Assembly: GCA_002427605.1 (NCBI GenBank)
Contig: DIRT01000036.1
Span: 3,717 to 67,716 of the forward strand
DNA from: Bacteroidales bacterium UBA5429
GTDB taxonomy: Bacteria > Bacteroidota > Bacteroidia > Bacteroidales > WCHB1-69
Direction of reading: 5' to 3'
Length of the DNA stretch: 64,000 nucleotides
The notes under the pieces are model-generated. The model saw only the letters and a program-made list of their open reading frames with translations, did not search any database and had not been told where the DNA came from. How positions within the stretch are numbered: the stretch's first letter is position 1; each line of letters starts with the position of its first letter. The translations under genes and the position numbers were made by a program. This document shows positions 1 through 8,102 of this stretch, one piece after another.

Positions 1-1990
1 GCTCCGGATCTTCTACAGGATCAGATCCAAAAGAACGTTTTCCGAAAATCTCCTCTAAATCTTCAGCAAATAACACCTCTTTATCTAAAAGACGAGTTGC
101 TAATATGATGACTTTATCTTTATTGTCAATTAAAATCTGTTTCGCTTTGTTATAGGCCGTATCAATGATTTTCTTCACCTCTTCGTCAATCTCCTGAGCG
201 GTTTTTTCACTGTAAGGCTTGGTGAATGAGTATTCAGACTGACCGGTAGAATCATAGTAGCTGATATTTCCTATTCGGGGATTTAATCCGTAGTACATCA
301 CCATGGCGTAGGCTTGTTTGGTGACACGCTCCAGGTCATTTAATGCTCCGGTGGAGACTTTTCCAAAAAAGATCTCTTCAGCGGCACGACCTCCCAGGGT
401 CGCAGCCATCTGATCCATCAACTCTTCAGTTGTGGTGATATGACGCTCTTCAGGTAAATACCACGCAGATCCTAGCGATTTCCCACGCGGAACAATGGTT
501 ACCTTAACCAATGGTGAAGCATGTTCAAGCATCCAACTTACAGCGGCGTGACCTGATTCGTGATACGAGATGGTTTTTTTCTCTTCAGGCGAAATAATAT
601 GACCACGACGCTCTAATCCGCCTACAATTCTGTCAATAGCTGCCAGAAAATCCTCTTTTTCAATCTGTTTTTTGTTATTCCGTGCGGAAATTAAAGCAGC
701 TTCATTACAAAGATTAGCAATGTCAGCACCGGAAAAACCGGGTGTTTGTCGGGCGAAGAATTCAAGGTCAACATCCGGTCCCAACTTGAGATCCCGAACG
801 TGAACCTGGAAAATTTCATATCTTTCATTCTGGTTGGGCAGTTCAATATGGATCTGTCTGTCAAATCTACCTGCTCTCAACAAAGCTCGGTCTAAAATAT
901 CAGCGCGGTTGGTCGCCGCCAAAATAATAATTCCTTCGTTGGTAGAGAATCCATCCATTTCTGTAAGTAGCTGATTGAGTGTATTTTCACGTTCATCATT
1001 GCTACCTGACATGATGTTTCTTCCCCGCGCCCTTCCAATCGCATCAATCTCATCGATGAAAATGATACAGGGCGCTTTCTCCTTTGCCGTTTTAAACAGG
1101 TCACGCACCCGGGAGGCTCCCACACCTACAAACATTTCGACAAAATCGGAACCGGATAAGGAAAAGAAAGGAACTTGAGCTTCTCCGGCTACTGCTTTGG
1201 CTAATAGGGTTTTACCTGTTCCCGGAGGCCCTACCAAAAGAGCTCCTTTAGGAATTTTTCCTCCTAAAACAGTGTATTTTTTTGGATTCTTTAAAAAGTC
1301 GACAATCTCTTCCACTTCATATTTCGCTCCCTCTAGCCCGGCAACATCTTTGAAAGTAAATGTTTGTTGCGTCTTGCCGTCAAAAAGTTGCGCTTTGGAT
1401 TTGCCAATATTGAAAATTCCACCACCACCGGCAGCACTGTTACGCATGTTGCGTATGGAGATAATAAAAAAGATCAGGATTCCAAACATGAGAAGCATCC
1501 AGATCGTTTCCATACCCCAACTCTTACTGGTATCCTCACTGTAAGAAATGTCATACGAGTCTTCAACCGCTTTACGATTAAGAGTAGAGTCACTGAGCAT
1601 CTCATGCTCTATAGCACGCTCCTTAATTCTGGCTAAATCATCGTTAAATACTTTTAAATCAGATACTTCTATGTAATATTGAAAGCTATCTCTTCTACCT
1701 TTACCGCGGAATTTTTCATAAGTGGAGTCACTCTCAATAACAGCATCTTTGATCCTGATATTGATGCGATCATCTTTTCTGATATAAGTCAGGGATTTGA
1801 TCTCTTTGTTGCGAACTAATTCCTGGAATTGATTGCTTTCAATTCTTTTTGGCTTTCCGCTTGAGGATCCAAAATACCCCAATCCAAGCAGAATTACAAA
1901 TATAGCAAGGTAAATCCAGGTCAGATTCTTAAAAAACTTCTGGAGACGAGTTCTATTATCTTTTTTTTGATTAGGATTTGGCTTTTTCAT
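1..1990 (-). CDS. ftsH: ATP-dependent zinc metalloprotease FtsH (C-terminal end lies beyond the window start)
   Basis: My minus-strand translation from ATG 1990-1988 gives N-terminal TM segments, Walker [17 protein letters not shown] (~1200-1247), [12 protein letters not shown] (~1030-1066) and the zinc site YHESGHA (~548-570). It is absent from the ORF track because it is open at the window edge. Confidence 0.95.
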   Translation of the reverse strand, partial: MKKPNPNQKKDNRTRLQKFFKNLTWIYLAIFVILLGLGYFGSSSGKPKRIESNQFQELVRNKEIKSLTYIRKDDRINIRIKDAVIESDSTYEKFRGKGRRDSFQYYIEVSDLKVFNDDLARIKERAIEHEMLSDSTLNRKAVEDSYDISYSEDTSKSWGMETIWMLLMFGILIFFIISIRNMRNSAAGGGGIFNIGKSKAQLFDGKTQQTFTFKDVAGLEGAKYEVEEIVDFLKNPKKYTVLGGKIPKGALLVGPPGTGKTLLAKAVAGEAQVPFFSLSGSDFVEMFVGVGASRVRDLFKTAKEKAPCIIFIDEIDAIGRARGRNIMSGSNDERENTLNQLLTEMDGFSTNEGIIILAATNRADILDRALLRAGRFDRQIHIELPNQNERYEIFQVHVRDLKLGPDVDLEFFARQTPGFSGADIANLCNEAALISARNNKKQIEKEDFLAAIDRIVGGLERRGHIISPEEKKTISYHESGHAAVSWMLEHASPLVKVTIVPRGKSLGSAWYLPEERHITTTEELMDQMAATLGGRAAEEIFFGKVSTGALNDLERVTKQAYAMVMYYGLNPRIGNISYYDSTGQSEYSFTKPYSEKTAQEIDEEVKKIIDTAYNKAKQILIDNKDKVIILATRLLDKEVLFAEDLEEIFGKRSFGSDPVEDPE

Positions 1991-2000
1991 TAGTTAAATT

Positions 2001-2381
2001 TTAAAATTCTTGTATTGGAGCATCACTCCATAGTTTTTCGATCTCATAAAAAGCTCGTGTCTCTTCTTGGAAAATATGAACGATAATATTAAAATAGTCA
2101 ATCAAAATCCACTCTCCGTTCGATTTACCCTCAACATATGAAGGGTGAATATGCGTCACTTTTCTGACATTTCTTTGAACAAAATCACTCAATGTATCAA
2201 CATGAGTTTTGGATGAACCACTACAAATAATAAAACTATCAAAAAAAACATGATTGATCTTTTTTAAATCAATCTTACAAATTTTAATCCCGTTTTTCTC
2301 TATAAGTGATTGAATTATAACATCTTCTAAATTTCCACCTGATTGTGGATTGGGGTTAACAGCGATCTCTTTTTTGGTCAT
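2001..2381 (-). CDS. rsfS: ribosomal silencing factor RsfS (iojap-like)
   Basis: 126-aa ORF. The core FFDSFIICSGSSKTHVDTL...EWILIDYFNIIVHIFQEETRAFYEIEKLW is typical of RsfS. It lies directly upstream of ftsH in the same direction. Confidence 0.85.
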   Translation of the reverse strand: MTKKEIAVNPNPQSGGNLEDVIIQSLIEKNGIKICKIDLKKINHVFFDSFIICSGSSKTHVDTLSDFVQRNVRKVTHIHPSYVEGKSNGEWILIDYFNIIVHIFQEETRAFYEIEKLWSDAPIQEF

Positions 2382-2436
2382 TTGATTTTTTAAAATTACA
2401 TGGCGAAATTACAAAAAAAAACTGATATTTTATTAG

Positions 2437-2444
2437 TATCTTTG
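2437..2444 (+). promoter_or_regulatory. Bacteroidota sigma-A -7 box (TATCTTTG) for the protease gene
   Basis: TATCTTTGCA matches the TAnnTTTG consensus and lies 24 nt upstream of ATG 2468. Confidence 0.55.
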
Positions 2445-2467
2445 CATCTTTAAAAATAATTAAAACG

Positions 2468-4105
2468 ATGAAAAAAATATTAGTACTGGCAGGAGTGATT
2501 TTCGGATTCTTAAACCTTTCATGGGGACAGCTCAGTTTTCCGGGAACACCTGCGTCTTTCCAAAAAGAACAATTATCGTGGTATGTTCCTACTGTTGATC
2601 TTCCGGCTTTGGATATTGAAAAGTTATGGAATGAAGATCTTGCAGCTAAAGACAAAGGAACACCACTTAGAATTGGTGTAAATCACCAGGTAACCTTAAA
2701 TATGTATAACTCCGGAAAATGGGATCATTTACCTAATGGAGAACGAATATGGAGAATGGGAGTGAGATCGGAAGGCGCTTTGGCACTGCACTTTAATTTT
2801 AGTCAATTTGAGATCCCTAAAGGAGCTGAAGTGTACATTTATTCCCCTGACCATCAGTATGTTGCAGGAATGTATGACAGAAGATCTACATTGGAAGATG
2901 GAGCGTTTTATGCTCAAGATATTCCGGGCGACGAAATGATCATCGAATATTATCAACCCGCCTCTGTGGAAGGAACACCTCAAATTGAAATTTCCTCAGT
3001 AGGACATACCTATAAAGATGGATCTAATTACAAAGGGTTTCACGGAACTGCGGTGGGTGACTGTCATATCAATACCGCTTGCCCTGAAGTAGAACCATGG
3101 AGAGATCAGGTAAATTCAGTAGTGTTGATCAAAATTACAGTGGGAAATGATATCTACATGTGCTCGGGAGCTATGATCAATAACACCAGACAAGATAATA
3201 CACCTTATGTGTTTACAGCTGAACACTGTTATGAACCCGGCGCCGCATGGAGATTCTATTTTGGATATGAAACCACGACCTGCGAATCTATCGGTGGTTC
3301 ATACAATAAAGTGGCAATCGGTGGTGAAGTGGTCGCTAAAGAATCAGCATCTGACTTTATGCTGCTTAAAATTACAGGAAATATCAATGAAAACTACAAA
3401 CCTAATATTTTCCTTGCAGGTTGGAATAGAAATACGGGAACCCCTTCCGTAGGTGCAGCAATCCATCACCCCGGCGGTGACTATAAAAAATATAGTAAAC
3501 CCAGATTGGTTTCTCCGGGAACTGGATACTATGCAAAATATTGGAGAGTGAACTGGTTGTTGGGTGACGAGAATAAAGGAACTACTGAACAAGGCTCTTC
3601 AGGATCACCTCTCTTTGATGCCAATGGATATATCGTGGGCTCTTTATGCTGCGGAACTTCAAGCTGTGAATATATCGATCAGTATAATGTGGGACCAAGC
3701 GGTGCTGACCATTATGGAAGATTTTCTTACTCATGGACAAATAATAATACAACGATATCAACAAGAAAATTACAACCTTGGCTGGATCCTGATGATCTTG
3801 GTAATATCCTTTTGGCGGGAAGATACTGGAACCATACCGTGGGAGTGGAACAATATAAAGAGATTCAAACATTTAAAGTGCTTCCTAATCCTTCCGAAGG
3901 TTCAGTTACTTTTAAAGATTTGGAATTGAAAACTACTGCAACCTGCTCAGTTTACGATCCAATGGGTAGATTGCTCATTTCCATTACATTACATCCTGAT
4001 GACCTCTTCCAGTTTGACTGGTCACATTTGAGTAATGGACTTTATTTGGTTGAAATTCAATCTCAACAGCAACATTACAGAGCTAAAATGTTGATTGCCA
4101 AGTAG
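2468..4105 (+). CDS. secreted trypsin-fold (S1-like) serine endopeptidase with a long N-terminal pro-region and a type A T9SS C-terminal sorting domain
   Basis: Signal peptide ...FLNLSWG|QLSF. Catalytic-type motifs TAEHC (His), SDFMLLK (Asp) and GSSGSPLF (Ser). The C-terminus LPNPSEGSVTF...GLYLVEIQ...KMLIAK looks like a Por_Secre_tail sorting domain. Confidence 0.75.
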   Translation: MKKILVLAGVIFGFLNLSWGQLSFPGTPASFQKEQLSWYVPTVDLPALDIEKLWNEDLAAKDKGTPLRIGVNHQVTLNMYNSGKWDHLPNGERIWRMGVRSEGALALHFNFSQFEIPKGAEVYIYSPDHQYVAGMYDRRSTLEDGAFYAQDIPGDEMIIEYYQPASVEGTPQIEISSVGHTYKDGSNYKGFHGTAVGDCHINTACPEVEPWRDQVNSVVLIKITVGNDIYMCSGAMINNTRQDNTPYVFTAEHCYEPGAAWRFYFGYETTTCESIGGSYNKVAIGGEVVAKESASDFMLLKITGNINENYKPNIFLAGWNRNTGTPSVGAAIHHPGGDYKKYSKPRLVSPGTGYYAKYWRVNWLLGDENKGTTEQGSSGSPLFDANGYIVGSLCCGTSSCEYIDQYNVGPSGADHYGRFSYSWTNNNTTISTRKLQPWLDPDDLGNILLAGRYWNHTVGVEQYKEIQTFKVLPNPSEGSVTFKDLELKTTATCSVYDPMGRLLISITLHPDDLFQFDWSHLSNGLYLVEIQSQQQHYRAKMLIAK

Positions 4106-4141
4106 GTGGATACAACTGATAGGAATCCTACTCCGGTTGCT

Positions 4142-4768
4142 ATGCAACGTGTAATATTGACTCCCATAGCATATATGCCCCCCATTGAGTTTTTTGTCAA
4201 CTTGAAGGGGGCATCGGCTGTTTGGATTGAACAGCATGAAAATTATCAAAAACAAACTTTTAGAAACCGGGCACAAATATACGCTTCCAATGGGGTACAA
4301 AATCTGATTATTCCGGTCCAAAGGGCAATCCATACCAAAATTAAGGATACGCTGATAGATTATCGTACTCCCTGGCAACGCAATCACTGGAGGTCCATCA
4401 CTGCGGCGTACAATAATAGTCCCTATTTCCTCTATTATAAGGACGCGATAGAGCCCTTTTTTACAGAACAGTGGGAATCCCTCTTTCAGTTCAACTTCCA
4501 ATTGCTGCAAGTTTTTCTCAAAATATTGAATATCGAGACACCGCTCTATTTGACCGAAAACTATGATCCGCATCCGGTTGACAAGGTAGATTTAAGAGAA
4601 AATTGGCATCTCAATTCTAAAAAAGATACCCAAACCACCTTTCAAAATACTCCTTATAATCAGGTTTTTATGGATAAATCAGGGTTCATTCTTAATCTCT
4701 CCATCCTCGATCTCATCTGCTGCGAAGGACCCTATGCCCCGCACTTCCTCTGTGAAGGTAGAAGGTAG
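4142..4768 (+). CDS. WbqC-like family protein (function unknown)
   Basis: The N-terminal pattern LTPIAYMPPIEFF...HENYQKQTFRNRAQI...LIIPV resembles the WbqC family, recalled from memory. The track start is GTG 4106; ATG 4142 is more likely. The last codons (CEGRR) are encoded by the heptamer array. Confidence 0.55.
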   Translation: MQRVILTPIAYMPPIEFFVNLKGASAVWIEQHENYQKQTFRNRAQIYASNGVQNLIIPVQRAIHTKIKDTLIDYRTPWQRNHWRSITAAYNNSPYFLYYKDAIEPFFTEQWESLFQFNFQLLQVFLKILNIETPLYLTENYDPHPVDKVDLRENWHLNSKKDTQTTFQNTPYNQVFMDKSGFILNLSILDLICCEGPYAPHFLCEGRR

Positions 4769-4916
4769 AAGGCAGAAGGCAGAAGTACTTTCGCCTTCCG
4801 ACTTTCGCTTTCAGCCTTTTGACTTTCGACTTTAATTTCAAATTTCTTATTTCTTATTTGGCATTTTAAATAATTGGGGGGATTTTGATTTCGGATTTCG
4901 GATTTCGGATTTCGGA
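4754..4916. repeat. left arm of a long imperfect inverted repeat, built from heptamer tandem arrays
   Basis: The arm contains (GAAGGYA)x4 at 4754-4785, (CTTYCGN)x~7 at 4787-4835, (ATTTCTT)x2.5 at 4845-4860 and GGGGGGATTTT(GATTTCG)x4 at 4875-4916. Its reverse complement matches 5262-5447. Confidence 0.8.
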
Positions 4917-4990
4917 ATCTTAGTATTGTGTATTTTTTAATTTAACCCATTGATATTTAATTATATACATTATTTGGAAATAAAAAAAAA

Positions 4991-5040
4991 CAGGGGGCAG
5001 AATAGGTGTTCCTCTTCAGTTATTTCACTACCCCACTCGG
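4991..5040 (-). repeat. dispersed intergenic element, core copy A (CGAGTGGGG-N35-TCTGCCCCC + T-run)
   Basis: The reverse complement reads CCGAGTGGGGTAGTGAAATAACTGAAGAGGAACACCTATTCTGCCCCCTG TTTTTTTTT. It aligns with 5471-5519 and 16857-16905. Extended homology to copy C continues down to ~4887. Confidence 0.7.
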
Positions 5041-5196
5041 CAAAGGGCAGGGACAAGCCCTGCCCCTACAATCGCGGTTAAACCAATTTTATGATTTGGA
5101 ATTTCGTGATTATCAAACATTTGTTACAATTTTAATCTATTGCATAATAAAATCATGGAGACATGGCATGCCCTGTCTCTACAACCATTTCTACAG

Positions 5197-5232
5197 CCAT
5201 TTTTACGACCATTTTACGACCATTTTACGACC
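5197..5232. repeat. tandem 11-12-mer (CCATTTTACGA)x3
   Basis: Read directly: CCATTTTTACGA CCATTTTACGA CCATTTTACGA CC. Confidence 0.9.
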
Positions 5233-5308
5233 ATGTTCATTCATTGTACCCCTCCTTTGGAGGGGATAGGGGAGGTCAAATCCGCAATCCGAAATCAAAA
5301 TCCCCTCC

Positions 5309-5390
5309 TTTTTTTTTCTATTTTAAAAATAAAGAAAAAAATAAAAAAACGGAATCCAAAACCTGAATTCCGCTATATTTAAATTCTAAT
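5309..5390. repeat. ~80-bp direct repeat, copy 1
   Basis: T-run-CTATTTTAAAAATAAAGAAAAAAATAAAAAAACGGAATCCAAAACCTGAATTCCGCTA...AAATTCTAAT. It is nearly identical to 5520-5600. Confidence 0.9.
5342..5372 (-). terminator. distal Rho-independent terminator-like hairpin (minus strand)
   Basis: On the minus strand: CGGAAT-11 nt loop-ATTCCG followed by T7. It lies inside repeat copy 1. Confidence 0.45.
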
Positions 5391-5470
5391 ACTTTCGACT
5401 TCCGCCTTCCGCCTTCCGCCCTCCGCCTTCAATTCTACCTTCTACCTTTTTCTCATAGGGCGATATGTTT

Positions 5471-5519
5471 TCGAGTGGGGTGAAAGGATATCTACAGCGT
5501 ATCGAACACTCTGCCCCCC
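5471..5519 (+). repeat. dispersed intergenic element, core copy B
   Basis: TCGAGTGGGGTGAAAGGATATCTACAGCGTATCGAACACTCTGCCCCCC followed by a T-run. Confidence 0.65.
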
Positions 5520-5600
5520 TTTTTTTCTATTTTAAAAATAAAGAAAAAAATAAAAAAAACGGAATCCAAAACCTGAATTCCGCTAACTCTAAATTCTAAT
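5520..5600. repeat. ~80-bp direct repeat, copy 2
   Basis: Same sequence as 5309-5390 with one extra A, located 211 bp downstream. Confidence 0.9.
5552..5582 (-). terminator. proximal Rho-independent terminator for the tuf/tRNA-Trp transcript (minus strand)
   Basis: On the minus strand: CGGAAT-loop-ATTCCG followed by T8, ~55 nt downstream of the tRNA-Trp 3' end. Confidence 0.55.
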
Positions 5601-5637
5601 TTCTAAATTTAAAACTTCTTACTTCTTACTTCACTCG

Positions 5638-5708
5638 CAGGGGAAGAGAGATTCGAACTCCCACCGATAGTTTTGGAGACTATTGTTCTACCCTTAAACT
5701 ATTCCCCT
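5638..5708 (-). tRNA. tRNA-Trp (anticodon CCA), no encoded 3' CCA
   Basis: Hand-folded from the minus strand: acceptor AGGGGAA/TTCCCCT, D arm GTTT-AAGGGTA-GAAC, anticodon arm ATAGT-CTCCAAA-ACTAT, T arm GGGAG-TTCGAAT-CTCTC, discriminator G. Confidence 0.9.
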
Positions 5709-5740
5709 AAAAAATAGCAGACCCAAATGTGAATCTGCTA
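5709..5740 (-). terminator. hairpin plus T6 between tuf and tRNA-Trp (attenuator or processing structure)
   Basis: On the minus strand: TAGCAGA-12 nt loop-TCTGCTA followed by TTTTTT, which abuts the tRNA 5' end. Confidence 0.45.
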
Positions 5741-5756
5741 CCTTTTGTTGATATTA

Positions 5757-6944
5757 TTAGTCAAGAATTTTTGTAACCTGACCAGCACCTACTGTTCTAC
5801 CACCTTCACGGATAGCAAAACGAAGGTTCATGTTGATAGCTACTTCAGATAACAACTTAACTCTGATTTTTAAGTTATCACCAGGCATAACCATGTCAAC
5901 ACCTTCAGGTAAAAATACTTCACCGGTAACGTCAGTTGTACGGAAGTAGAACTGAGGACGATATTTGTTATGGAATGGAGTGTGACGTCCACCTTCCTCT
6001 TTCTTAAGAATAACTACTTCAGCTTCAAACTCTTTATGAGGTTTGATTGATCCTGGTTTCGCAATAACCATACCACGACGGATCTCATCTTTATCAATAC
6101 CACGAAGTAATAGACCTACGTTATCACCAGCTTCACCGGTATCCAAAATTTTGCGGAACATCTCAACTCCGGTAACTACTGATTTAAGTTTTTCAGCACC
6201 CATACCTAAAATCTCAACTGGATCTCCTGTATGAATAACTCCTGTTTCAATTCTACCGGTAGCAACAGTACCACGACCGGTAATGGAGAATACGTCCTCA
6301 ACAGGCATTAAGAAATCTTTTTCACTTTCACGTTTTGGAAGTGGGATGTAAGTATCAACTGCATCCATTAATTCAATAATCTTATCAGCCCATTGTGGCT
6401 CGTTGTTTAATCCACCTAGTGCAGATCCTTGAATGATAGGAGTATTGTCACCATCAAATCCGTAGAATGATAATAAATCACGGATTTCCATCTCTACTAA
6501 CTCTAGTAATTCTGGGTCATCAACCAAGTCAACTTTGTTCATGAAAACAACCAATCTTGGAACACCAACCTGACGAGCTAAAAGGATGTGCTCTCTTGTT
6601 TGTGGCATAGGACCATCAGTAGCAGCAACAACCAAAATTGCTCCGTCCATCTGTGCAGCACCGGTAACCATGTTTTTAATATAGTCAGCGTGACCGGGAC
6701 AGTCTACGTGTGCATAGTGTCTGTTAGCAGTTTCATACTCAACGTGTGATGTATTAATAGTAATACCACGTTCTTTTTCTTCTGGTGCATTGTCGATTGA
6801 ATCAAAACTTCTTTTTTCTGATAAACCTCTTTCTGATAATACAGCAGAAATTGCAGCTGTTAAGGTTGTTTTTCCGTGGTCAATGTGACCAATTGTTCCT
6901 ACGTTTACGTGCGGTTTGGAACGATCAAATTTTTCTTTTGCCAT
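5757..6944 (-). CDS. tuf: translation elongation factor Tu
   Basis: 395 aa with [18 protein letters not shown] and NKVD G-motifs. It matches EF-Tu over its full length. Confidence 0.98.
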   Translation of the reverse strand: MAKEKFDRSKPHVNVGTIGHIDHGKTTLTAAISAVLSERGLSEKRSFDSIDNAPEEKERGITINTSHVEYETANRHYAHVDCPGHADYIKNMVTGAAQMDGAILVVAATDGPMPQTREHILLARQVGVPRLVVFMNKVDLVDDPELLELVEMEIRDLLSFYGFDGDNTPIIQGSALGGLNNEPQWADKIIELMDAVDTYIPLPKRESEKDFLMPVEDVFSITGRGTVATGRIETGVIHTGDPVEILGMGAEKLKSVVTGVEMFRKILDTGEAGDNVGLLLRGIDKDEIRRGMVIAKPGSIKPHKEFEAEVVILKKEEGGRHTPFHNKYRPQFYFRTTDVTGEVFLPEGVDMVMPGDNLKIRVKLLSEVAINMNLRFAIREGGRTVGAGQVTKILD

Positions 6945-7008
6945 TGTCTTATTTGATTAAAGGTTGTTAATATTTTCGTTTCTATTTATAATTTAATGTA
7001 TAAATTTG

Positions 7009-7080
<72 letters not shown>

Positions 7081-7128
7081 TGATTTTTTAAAAAAGAGCA
7101 TACCAAAATTACCTCAATTTTGAGTTTG

Positions 7129-7136
7129 CAAAGATA
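7129..7136 (-). promoter_or_regulatory. -7 box TATCTTTG for the tRNA-Thr/tuf/tRNA-Trp unit
   Basis: The minus strand reads GGTGTATCTTTGCAAACTC, ~50 nt upstream of tRNA-Thr. Confidence 0.55.
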
Positions 7137-7202
7137 CACCTTTTTTTAATATAAGAAGAATTATTCTCAAAAAAAATATTTTTTTCTCTAAATATCTGAT
7201 AT

Positions 7203-8084
7203 TTAGGGCTTAATAATTTTATCTTTGATCACTTTTTGCAACCTTTCCTTCCAGTCGGGAATAGGAATGGACAAAAAATTTTCAATTTTTTCTTTTGATA
7301 GAACAGAATAGTGGGGGCGTTTGGCAGGAGTAGGATAGGAATCGGAGGGTATCGGAACAACATTGCAAGAGAGTTGGGCAAAACGCATAACAGCTTCCGC
7401 AAATTGATACCAGCTACAAGATCCGAAGTGGGAATAGTGAAATAAAGTAACCCCTGAGAGGGATGAACGCCGACCTAAGAGCAGCATAATCACTTCGGCC
7501 AGATCTCCGGCATAGGTAGGAGTTCCAAATTGGTCGGCAACAACCTGAATTTGAGAACGTTCAGAACCCAATCGGAGCATTGTTTTGACAAAGTTGTGCC
7601 CGTACTCTGAGTATAACCAGGCAGTACGAATAATGGCGCCATGGGCGCCCGAAGCGCGAAACACTTCCTCCCCCCCTAATTTTGTTTTTCCATAAATAGA
7701 AAGAGGAGATGGTTGATCATTTTCAGTAAAAGGTGTAGCTCTGCCCTCCTCATCAAAAACAAAGTCAGTGGAAATATGAATCAAAAAGATGCCCAGCTGA
7801 TGCGATACTTTCGCCAAAAACTGAACGGCATCCCGATTCAGCCGATAGGCGGATTCAACCTCGGTTTCGGCTAAATCGACCGCAGTAAAGCCTGCACAAT
7901 TAATAATGTATTCTATGTGATGCTCCACACAATAGTCGTAAATCGCAGACTCCGACGTAATATCCAGCTCATCAATATCTGTAAAATAAAAAGTGTACAG
8001 AGAGTTATAGTGTGTAACCCAATCTTTTAGGGATTGTCCCAATTGACCATGCCCGCCGGTAACCAAAATATTTCCTTTACTCAT
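7203..8084 (-). CDS. rfbD: dTDP-4-dehydrorhamnose reductase
   Basis: 293 aa with ILVTGGHGQLG (Rossmann motif), STDFVFDE and YGKTK (YxxxK), as in RmlD. Confidence 0.85.
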   Translation of the reverse strand: MSKGNILVTGGHGQLGQSLKDWVTHYNSLYTFYFTDIDELDITSESAIYDYCVEHHIEYIINCAGFTAVDLAETEVESAYRLNRDAVQFLAKVSHQLGIFLIHISTDFVFDEEGRATPFTENDQPSPLSIYGKTKLGGEEVFRASGAHGAIIRTAWLYSEYGHNFVKTMLRLGSERSQIQVVADQFGTPTYAGDLAEVIMLLLGRRSSLSGVTLFHYSHFGSCSWYQFAEAVMRFAQLSCNVVPIPSDSYPTPAKRPHYSVLSKEKIENFLSIPIPDWKERLQKVIKDKIIKP

Positions 8085-8102
8085 TGTACTCCTTTCAATA
8101 CT

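Larger units (their letters stand above)
5262..5447. repeat. right arm of the long imperfect inverted repeat
   Basis: The reverse complement of 5269-5308 is GGAGGGGATTTTGATTTCGGATTGCGGATTTGACCTCCCC, which matches 4875-4912. (CTTCCGC)x4 at 5399-5430 and (TTCTACC)x2 at 5433-5446 are the complement of the GAAGGYA arrays at 4754-4785. Confidence 0.75.

Noticed and set aside
892-1636. Plus-strand ORFs 975-1178, 1197-1544 and 1364-1636, and minus-strand ORF 892-1125
   Set aside because: All overlap the clearly identifiable ftsH reading frame on the minus strand, which carries Walker A/B and HExxH motifs. They are frame shadows.
5006-5382. Three overlapping ORFs (5006-5269, 5140-5382 and 5163-5366) inside the repeat block
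   Set aside because: Their translations are low-complexity read-throughs of tandem repeats (for example HFYDHFTTILRP from the 11-mer). They overlap each other in different frames, have no promoter box or signal, and cross hairpins and terminators. I treat them as spurious.
4754-5447. Insertion sequence or transposon bounded by inverted repeats
   Set aside because: There is no transposase or any other credible ORF between the arms. The arms are satellite arrays rather than defined terminal inverted repeats, and I could not identify target-site duplications. I kept it only as a MITE-like or rearrangement-scar hypothesis.
4754-5634. Possible CRISPR array, given the many short direct repeats
   Set aside because: The units are 7-16 nt, tandem, and have no unique spacers. 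CRISPR repeats are ~24-48 nt and separated by spacers of similar length. No cas genes are present in the window.
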